Origin: a virus
Lineage: Duplodnaviria; Caudoviricetes
Length of the DNA: 64,000 bases
Virus record (IMG/VR): IMGVR_UViG_3300031760_000003
Location: 1-64,000 of that record
Reading direction: 5' to 3' (one strand)
Shown here: positions 12,501-20,600 of the stretch, piece by piece
Position numbering within the stretch: position 1 is the stretch's first letter
How the letters are laid out: each line of letters starts with the position of its first letter
The notes under the pieces: model-generated
The model's input: the letters and a program-made list of their open reading frames with translations, nothing else
Database searches by the model: none
What the model was told of the DNA's origin: nothing
Translations under genes and position numbers: made by a program

Positions 12501-14492
12501 GTTTACAACATTTAAATAAACTACGTTATTATTTTTATTATAATTATAATTTTTACTAATTGTATAATCAATGTCAAACTTACCATATTTACTTACAATA
12601 TAGCTATCATCAGTTTCAGAAAATTGAATATTTTTAGCCTTTTTATAACCATTAATATCAAAATTCATCATTGAATTTTTAGGCAATGTCCAAGTAAATA
12701 AGCAAGTATTATAAGTTTCTTCGCTATACTCCTCACCCGCCGCATCATAAATAGTGCAAGATAATGGGTCTATTGTACTAATTCTTGAACTAAGCGGACC
12801 GTCATAGAACTCTGACTGAGGTGAATTGCCATAACTATCATACTTATATAATTTATTGCTATTGCTCATAGAAAGATAACTTCCATCTACACTATTAATA
12901 GCAATAAGTTTTTGTACAGTACCAACAAGTTTATTATTACCGTTAGAATCTGTACGATATACAGTACATACTATAAGGTTCATATCATTTGTAATTAAAG
13001 AACCATAAAATTGTATATCTGTTATATATTCTCTTTGACCTGTTGTTTCATCAATAACTGAAACATAATTTGTTCTACAGTTTTCACCCTTATTCCAGAA
13101 ATTATTATCTATATAATCTCCGTCAGAACCATATCTCATCCAAGCATAAGTTAGATAAGAATTATCTTCACTATAATCTGATAAGGTATTAACTTTACAG
13201 GTTAAAGTAATTAAATCATTCTTTAACGCAAAAGCAGGACTAGACTCAAGAGAAATGGAAACTTGACTATCTAAATTTTCAATTAAAATAGTTTGTCCTA
13301 CGTTAGTGCCATTATAAATAATTATACACTTGTATTTTGCGGAAGTCTCTACATCACTCTGCTTAACTGTAAGTGAATATTCATCAGTATTGAGAATACT
13401 TTCAGATACAGTACCATCCGAACTTTCTTGTTCTGAATATGTATTAAGGCATCTCCATCCATAACCACCTAAAGTATTGTAGTTTTGAGAACCATATACC
13501 ACACTACTATCTTGTACAAACCAATAACAAGCAAGATTATTTAATGAAGTTTCAGCTCCATTGATTAATAGTGTAGGAATAATCTTTTTAACAGTTCTAA
13601 ATCTACTTCCTAAGAAGAAATTACCCTCAGTTGCGGTTAATAATAAATGGTATCCCGCAGTTTCACTTGAATCTATAACTTCAACGGGATAAAATTGAAT
13701 ATTACTAAGAAAAATATCATAGTAATCATCATATCGACTATCATTACTTACTCCAAAATCTTTACAGAAACCTTTAATCTGTATTTCATTTGCTCTTGAA
13801 TTGTCATAAATTAAATCATCTTCAATAGTAACGTATAATTTTTGAGTAACGTAATCTACAAAGTCATATGGAGAGCCATTCATTTTTTCAGTATTAAAGT
13901 AATATGTCTTTGTAACCTCTTCTGTGGCATCTCCAGTTATACGCTTAAATGGAAGTGTTAACTCTATACCATAGTCACCATTAACCTTCTGGTATGGATC
14001 TTCTATGGCAGTTTTTACGTCTAAACTTAAACAAAAAGTTTTATTTCTCTCTAAATAATGTGAAAATATTATATTAAAATTGCTTCCCGCAATTGCATTA
14101 GCATCTTTCTCTTCTGGGCTATGGTAAGTACAAAAAGCTAAATCGGTAACAGAATCAAAAATTGACTCTCCAATTTTCTTATATTGTACCTCAGAAGTTA
14201 TATCATAAAGACCAACATAAGGATTACTAGAGCCAATAATTGTAAGCGTACTATCTAATGCGCCATCTTTACTTAATACAAAAACAGAATCACCTTTTGA
14301 GTAGTGCGTAGTAATAGTATTAGAATATGCTCTTAACGTCTGTTTTAAATATTCAACTGAATATAAACCAATAGACGCATCTACTATATCTACAATAGTA
14401 CATTCAATAACTTTCACGTTCTTTTGTTTATCAAGAGAACTACCAATGAGAGTTTCTATTGAATCTAATATTTCTTGTGCTATTGTACTCAT
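6516..14492 (-). CDS. Very large tail-tip / central fibre / host-specificity protein
   Basis: 2658 aa directly after the tape measure gene; beta-rich N- and C-terminal parts, a long helical middle and GGWRIG-type fibre motifs. Confidence 0.65.
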   Translation of the reverse strand: MSTIAQEILDSIETLIGSSLDKQKNVKVIECTIVDIVDASIGLYSVEYLKQTLRAYSNTITTHYSKGDSVFVLSKDGALDSTLTIIGSSNPYVGLYDITSEVQYKKIGESIFDSVTDLAFCTYHSPEEKDANAIAGSNFNIIFSHYLERNKTFCLSLDVKTAIEDPYQKVNGDYGIELTLPFKRITGDATEEVTKTYYFNTEKMNGSPYDFVDYVTQKLYVTIEDDLIYDNSRANEIQIKGFCKDFGVSNDSRYDDYYDIFLSNIQFYPVEVIDSSETAGYHLLLTATEGNFFLGSRFRTVKKIIPTLLINGAETSLNNLACYWFVQDSSVVYGSQNYNTLGGYGWRCLNTYSEQESSDGTVSESILNTDEYSLTVKQSDVETSAKYKCIIIYNGTNVGQTILIENLDSQVSISLESSPAFALKNDLITLTCKVNTLSDYSEDNSYLTYAWMRYGSDGDYIDNNFWNKGENCRTNYVSVIDETTGQREYITDIQFYGSLITNDMNLIVCTVYRTDSNGNNKLVGTVQKLIAINSVDGSYLSMSNSNKLYKYDSYGNSPQSEFYDGPLSSRISTIDPLSCTIYDAAGEEYSEETYNTCLFTWTLPKNSMMNFDINGYKKAKNIQFSETDDSYIVSKYGKFDIDYTISKNYNYNKNNNVVYLNVVNNDLLLSGTADIQFIKEGDNGTNGTKYSAVLTYNGVGYGKKDFTGIEQKLKLMFIADDTSTHGPWYILPTNSDLIDSNFCDVNYFPPAGLNPLGVEVYKDGVLVANPFDYNIEWGIFDEAAIKPFFTMTSDGRLCIATNRNSDWNTTAIGDNKILVIQAKITINSGSKEEADTVIYAFYPVELIRVDKELFDKMTYFPSLTKGYSIVTYAADGSNPQWDGGNSGAIFNINSGMEINGDIDCFNYEWRLSEKLLMKEKIQQTSADIRPVSKYDDGMANNYVSVVMSPNISGEGSLTPEEVSEKLLEIQTSLDVDTSEIARNVIQYEELKNLATTFDIEPTQKELDTIAEINAVDAKITEQNNNKETATSNYQTALERTYYDRGDDNYATSINSIISELKDYEKKIYDILIQIFKTNSFYGRYKDTANLIENTDYINALQEILEIQNPTINNINYSSKESSYQSALHNLAEAQELLKRFMVVVDEAEVATLKAQIDNYDILTDYSEIESLLPSADSADAAVGVTVITDEIEGLNEQDADYDDRYNAWYSLLDNYTSSYATAAKQVSTWTKASQDLKEDILTNYVKPLSDLITAYITNTDVSYWNNSYVVELSEEVVNDISLVLQSDINNLTNIKNCDLGTYTTQELLDTYNKLSTRVKNIYNNNINLFEYKYLLNNSSIPNLQYFLDKYTNLTILTENYENTLSIINNGVNQDGQDENCIQYLEDEKAQLQVVLKDCYKNRISEIVNWVADVNNDNPYLTYRSDLLNKLSTIEKILNNYQHLFQVTFDTTTQAEIIDAGYDFLTYILSAKLEIYKLRNKVYGLISDKFTKSDLTNLSTLSTGISGHTAAWTKDFLKPFITDTDGNTITNSVVDTINSYDNTVSEISSLITSIKALSAQEEDTIKNIYSKISDFIALPQVSSTDITISNIYDKIANLYDVSSIDLIERSKLETDVIAQVTYLLANKEEYSSLQILSEICQSTGRDFVSWQQSLNNLLSKFYLLDSNSYTLEELQSAWMGRQNKVISSVNYQSILIKNFVDLLSSFYDCIYSDNSITINMDPETGEFIKINPFMNLDSHDSELINNVDSLLEEYNILRARQKIVTLTDPSYIVYLKPIIFRLNTNEFGWLNDWDGNKLYIDENGEYIIAPQIGAGAKDEANRFTGITMGVKKTAESTKSQIGLFGFSAGRQSIFLDAKTGKAQFGLSKAGQITLDPTDDVARLYSGNFYEWNTDGTANYNKETGKGMLIDLTTPEIRFGNGGFWVDKNGQMHVGGTDKTEATGNIDSGNSEENGLIDIDDTGLYYYNGYDKFYWEEANGDYEATIVKHGFESTLTPLLMTDSSGYYHYDDNGEDIQVYFCRDGYDLRDSNGNIVNSGSIGPYVRRTTIQTYDSTSSLQDTVCYYFYDDNDVIHYYFYDRDLEKYLFYDSTEVRFWYWDEELMSKVYYEPDTNMYFYYLDGVKTYLKAKSSELGGWRIGEDRIFSENHKMTLYSAYNSPNKSPAIYSGDGYSGDLTEASERRLHSSFESEKNGFYLGDEGLSIGKIVRANNNEFYLGNNNKKYFRAYVDDTNYGKIELGSIKGTVKPDKVGDTDVLKPVSSLEPLPTETLPNLDASDPNRYRIYKINSLGIDKASDPIYEAYNRYYLFSFKVADEWYEITPYYRNNIVVPGYQPVEEDLCFYICEDKYNRRWDLGASGKAAYFYYSEHRAENLDRTNFDLKTALILDREGTQEHPKKIYIGSDGLLVSDQFRVDILGNVTIGDVTYSTDPITGAETNSVCWKFNTSSDKSRAFMYYSSNDKSSNRYAILNAQGKETSMTTYVGTDGTRIGNIFKARVGSDITDPGGLEIGNLPSRHFAVSERSAVQLRDAETVITAEGGSIGSVPYWGRNGILYENDPYKMEYETVVGRGSINTKHYCIMSHLFEAGDTFYLDNSNSSDGRFICQIKAENFYIGIPDETTPTVEIDGVLYPRTTYVSLADYIAMQGGGGGNLPAAENYAF

Positions 14493-14566
14493 TTATGATT
14501 TCCTCCTTTTTTCTCATTTTATATTATATATAAAACTTGGAAATAAAATATTATTTAAAAAAGACC

Positions 14567-14597
14567 AAAAAAAAGAAGGGGAGCATTTCGCTCCCCT
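14567..14597 (-). terminator. Intrinsic terminator after the tape measure gene
   Basis: AGGGGAGC/GCTCCCCT stem with a T-tract on the minus strand. Confidence 0.7.
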
Positions 14598-14602
14598 ATC
14601 TT

Positions 14603-17600
14603 TTAAATAGTTTGTAATCCTGTTCTTTGTGCGGCAAGGTTAGGTAAACTTAATAAAGCTTCTCTTATATCATTTACATCATTTGCTGCAGGGAATTCTG
14701 CGTTAATGTTGTAAACATTATTCGAACCGCTATTATTAGTTATATTACCAGTTCCACTTACTCCGCTTATCCTTCCTAATGCAGCAGCTATTGATTCCGC
14801 AATAGCAGACTGAATAGAAGAATTAATTCCAGATAATTGTCTTATAATTGAAACTGCTTCAAGCATATTAGCTGTATCATCAGCGTTAAGAACTAATTCC
14901 TTCTGGTGTAACATAGCAAGTTTTCCATCATTAGAATTCCAACTTCCTGTATATCCACCGGTAGCAAAAGCATAATACTCACTACCCAAACCATTTTTCT
15001 TAATGTACTCTTCAGCAGCTTCTTTAGTCGCCATATATTGTTGAATAACATCTCCACCAGGAGCTTTTACCTTAATACCATGAGCTGATGAAGGCGTCAC
15101 ACTAGCACTATCTTTCATTATTTCTTTTAATATTTCTTCATCTGTCCAACCGCTACCTTTATAACTTTCGTATTGTGCCTGAGTATAAAATCCATACTTA
15201 GTTAATTCTTGAGCTAATGAGTTATATCCATCAGATCCTGTACCTGCAATAGAAACCCAGTTACCTGCAACAGTATCCCAAATACCATAGTTTCCACTAA
15301 ATTGGCTTTCAACCTTGTATCTACCCTTTTGATGATTTTCTATATTAATTCTAGAAGAAGAATCAAGTCCACTGCCACCAGTTCCACCCGCCGCAGCTCT
15401 TTGGAATTCATATTCCTTCTGAATTGCTTCATCTAAAACTGAAACAAAACTTATAGCAGCATCTCTAGCAACACCTAGTTTCTTGATATAATTCTCCATT
15501 TCAATTCCGTTTTCGTAAACAGAATCTTTAACTCTATACCAAGCATCTTCCAAAAAGCCAAGATAACTTTCGTACTCTGCAAGTTCACTAGTAGCTGTAG
15601 CAACTAAATCACTAGTAGCATCCTGTAATTCCTCAGTAGCTTCAACATCTTCATAGATTTGAGCTTCTACATCAGCATAATCTTCACCTGCGGCAATGCA
15701 TCCTTCTCTTACGGCTTCACCGTAATCAAGTTGAGCTTGAGTACATACTGTCATAGCTTCAAGCATTGCGTTCTTAACGCTGTCAGGATTGTTAGACCAT
15801 ATATCAGTAATGTCTGATGCAGCAGTAGCAAAATAGTCTATCGTTTCCCGCATAGCCTCATCGCCATGCTCAACAATAGCGTCATAAGCCTCTCCCGCAG
15901 AATTATATACATCAATAGCACTTTCAATAGCAAACTTAGCCATTTCATCAATAGCACGTTTCTGACTATCGATCATAAGATTGTAGTTGTCTGTGTTTAC
16001 CATGTACTCAGTAGCAAGTAAAGCATTTGTCTCTTCCGCAAGATTAACCTCATGTGCTTTTAATTCATCTGCTTTAGTGTTCATTTGAGTAGCATAATAA
16101 TCATTATACCAATCAATCATCATCTGATACTGTGCTTTTTCTTCTTCGGTAGCGCCAATCATTTTAGCCTCAAGGTCTGCAATAGTAGTAGACCAATCCT
16201 CTGCAAGCTTTATCATTTCCTCTTTTAAATCAGAAACATTTTGCTTTACATATTCATAGGCTTCATATTGAGCATCTAAAAGAGCTTGCTGTTTGTCGTC
16301 TAAGTCGCCCTCATCCGCAACATATTGATAACTCCAGTTTCCTGCTGTATCTCTTGTTACTTTAAGAGCATTTTTATTATTGCGGGCATCCTCAAGATCT
16401 GCCTCTGCCTGTGCAACAGCTAATCTCTTTTCAGCAAGAGTGATATCGTATTCAGTAAGAGTAGTTCTATCCTCTAAAGATTTAACTTGACTCTCGTATA
16501 AATCCTGTAACTTCTGTTGAGACTTAGTAGTTGATGCTTTATCAATAGCCTCCTGATACTTGAGACTTAATTTTTCTAACTGATAAATCTTCTCCTGGTC
16601 ATCGTAAACTCCATCTGCAGCTTCTTTTGCAAGATTCCACTGTTCAGATACGAAGTTATAACTTGAACCTTTCATCAGTTTCTTTTCAGCATCGCTAAAT
16701 GCCTTAGCCACTGTATTAGCATAACTCTTAGCAAGATTCTCTAAGTATGCCTCTTCAGCGGCATGAAGGTCTTTGATAGTATTATCCCATGCGGTTTTAA
16801 ACTTCTGAGCAGCATCAGAATCTGCACCATACTCGGCAGCAGCTTTTTCATACTGACTCTGATAAAAAGCATTCTGGTCTCTCAAAGAAGCTAACTGTGT
16901 AAGATAGTTCTTTGATTGAGCGTTATATAAGCTATCAAGGAAATCATAAGCCTGTTGACCATAAAGTAATTCTATAATCTTTGACTGATGATTTAAGTCT
17001 GCGTTGATAGCTTCGATACTATTTTGAACTTCTCCAAATTTATCAATAACTTCATCAATAGCAGAATTGTAATTATCCCAACCATTCTGGTATAAGTCAA
17101 ATAATGCTCCTGCGTCATCTACAAGCTGATCTTGTAATTCTTTTAACTTATCCTGAGCCTGAGATATTGACTCGAACATAGAGCTATCTCCGCCGGCTTC
17201 CATCTTATCGATTTCCGCCATAACCTCTTTAGCTGCTTTAAGTTCATCATCAATAGTTCCGCCTTCTCCGCCAAGAGAGTTAGCATCAAATACAGCAGTT
17301 TTAAACTGTGTACCGAAATCTGTCCATCTTGACTTAAAGTTATCTTCTATCTTTCCGATAAAGTCATTCCAGTCTCTATCTGCTTGGTGAGTATCAAGTT
17401 TAAGAGTTAACTCTGTTTCCCAACCGGTTAAGTTATTCTCTTTAATCTGGCGGGTAATGTCATCAAGTTTATCTTGAGTTTCCACCATCTTATTATAGAA
17501 TAACTCGTCATATTTATCAAGAACTTCTTTAAAGGTATTATAATCTTTCTCGTAAGCCTCAAAACTTTCATCAGATATGTTACCAGCATTATAATCTGCA

Positions 17601-20600
17601 ACTACCTGGTTATACTGTTCAAGAGAAGCCTTAGTTTGAGCAAGATAATTCTGTATCTGTCCTTCACTATCAAAGATAATTCCGTAACCTTCAAGCTGTT
17701 CTCTTAACTCTGCGGCTTCCTTATGCTGCTCTGCGGCAAGGTCATTATATTTCTGAGCCTGTATTTCAAGTAGCTCATTTTCTGCCTTCAGAGAAGAAAT
17801 TAATTCTGTACGAGATAATTTTTCCTGTTCCTTATCGAGCTTTGATAATGCATGAGTAACTTTCTCAATGGCATTATTAATATCCCAATAACGGTCATAC
17901 TCATCATCGAAATCTTTTTCTTCTTTATCTTTTGTCTTACTACTACCGCTTCCGCTACCGCCAGTTCCTTCGAAATAATCAACGGAACCCATTAAGCGTA
18001 GTTTATTGTATGCGGCTTGGATAGCTTCTTCAGCAGCATCTGCATTAACACCAAAATCTGAAGCACTTAATCCGGCTAAGCCATAAGCATCTTTAGTAAA
18101 CTGGTCAAGTAATTCCGTACCTGCCGCAACCTTACCTGCAGTCTGTAAAGCAACATCGCCAAGGTCAGAATATGTTCTACTTAATTCATCGGTGGCATCA
18201 GCAGCTTCGCCTTCTTTGAGAACATGGAGGTCAGTAATTAAGTCAGCCATTACTTGCTGTCTCATATAAGCCATCTGAACATCCATTAAAGATGAATATG
18301 TCTCATTATTAATCTTTAACTGACCATTTTCAAGCTCAAGACTAGCCACAAAGGCGTTATCCATTTCAACTAACTGTTGAATACTATCTATTGAGAGCTT
18401 ACCATTATCATTATAATCATCAACGACACTCTGTAAAGATGAATATTGAGATTGCAACATATCAATAGTAGAACCAATATTTTTATATTGCTTTTCAATC
18501 TCTGTGTTAGCCTCTGCCGCACTTACCGTACCTGCCTGTAGAGCATCCATCTCTGCCTGGAGTTCATTTGTAACATTAATTACTTTTCGAGTATATTTTT
18601 CAACGGCTCCTTGAGATGTTAAATAAGATTTTATAGGAGTTAAAGAAGAACTCATAGCTTCTGCTAAATCATTTTGGGCTTTTACCAAAAATGCTTGAGT
18701 TTTTTCACTATTATCTCCATTCGCTATTTTCTCTTGAGCATCACGAACATGTTGTTCAGCTTCAGCAATTTTATCTTCATTTTCTCTTAATACATCTGCT
18801 AATGCGCCACCACCGATGGTGTCTAAAAGTTCTATATATTGTTCAACACCAGCACTGCCATCGGTAAGTAACTCTTCAATAGCATTAAGTTGATCATCAG
18901 TTAACTGAGAAAAATCTATTGTAGAATATTTTTCTTCAAATAAATTTTCAGCTATATCAGCAGCCTGTCTAAATGTTTCGATATTGCTTTCATCAATATC
19001 GAACATATCACCAAATTTTATCGAAGTATCTAAATTATCTAATTCATCTTGTAACTCAGCAATAGACTGTTTAGTAATCTCTGCATTTTTACTAGTATTG
19101 ATTAAACCTTCAAGTAAAGCTTGACTTGCTACTCTTGTTTGAGTTTCAAAATCACTATTTTCGAAGGTTTCACGATCCATGATTAAACCAGTTTGAAGTT
19201 TAATCTCAGGTCTTCCGTCAGGGAATAAAGCGTTTATTTCATCTTCTTCAAATTTACCTTTACCATTGGCAGCTGCGAGTGTGGCAGGTATAGTCATAGC
19301 AAATTCAGAATCGGAAACTAAATTAGCAAGATTACCATATTTCTCTAAAAATTCGTCAACATCTTTGCCAGTTTCCTTAAAATAATTCTGGAATCTAGCT
19401 AAAAATACTAACTCAGCCTGGGTATGTTCTGCAAACTCCTCGAAATAACCTTCGGGATCTCCGAAGATGGCTTCCGCAAGATTATAAGCCTGAGTGTTCT
19501 TAAGTCCTTCCCCAGAAAACTGTGAAAGTATCTTATTAACTTCATCCTGTACTTGCTCTCTGCCTTCATCAGTATCAGCATAAGCACCAGAGCTTATAAG
19601 TTGGTTATAAATATCATCCCTAGTTGCAAGGAAATTTTTAGTAGTTACATCATTTGCGGTAAGTGTATTTGCAATATTTTCTTTAGTTGCAGTAATTACC
19701 TCTTGAGATATAGTATTTAAAGAATTTAAACTACCTTCAGCAGCATCAAGATATGAAAGTAATTGAGTTGACATATCTGTATTTGCTGATTGTAAAATTT
19801 CTTTTACAGCGGTAGTATCTTTAGATAATAATTCAACAAAATTATCTAAATTAATTTCATCTACTCCTAATCCTACAGTAGTAATTAAATCTTCAATACC
19901 ATATTCACTACCAAGATCCTTTAATCTAGATATAATATACGATTCATCTGTATTTTCACCTAACGAACCTTTTAATTGATAATTACCGGTCAAAGCATCG
20001 TATGCTCCACCCCAAGCACCACCTGCCGCAGCATATATATCACTGCTAACAGCATTTTTACTGCTTTCAAGAGCTCTTTCTTCTGAAGCTTTATATTCTT
20101 CGCCTCTTTTAGCAGTAGTTTCATCAATAATATTATTTAACTCTTCATAGCTTGCGGAAAGGGCTTTTATAGCGAGTTCTTCTTCGCCATATTGTAAACA
20201 TAACTTGTAAGTTTCATTTCTTAAATCTGTAATTGATCTAACATCTTCTGACTCGTTAAGTTCATCATATGCCTGCTTAAGATTCTTAATATTCTCATAT
20301 TCTTCTTTTTTCTTCTCGGCAAGCTCCGCATCTTTTCTAGCAGCCTCTTCAGCATTCTTAGCATTCTTTTCAAGATAATTATTATAAGCTGCAAGTGCCA
20401 CTTTTGCACCAACAAAAGCAACTGTTGCTATTGCAGCAACGTGTCCTAATACACCAAGACCTGTATATACTTCTTTAAGAGCTTTTAAAAGACCTCCGCC
20501 TTTCTTAACGATAGCATCTTTTAAACCACCGATACCTTTTTTAGAAAGAATCTCAAATCCTTTTAAAAGAGTCTTTTGAGGATTTTTTAAATCTTCAATA

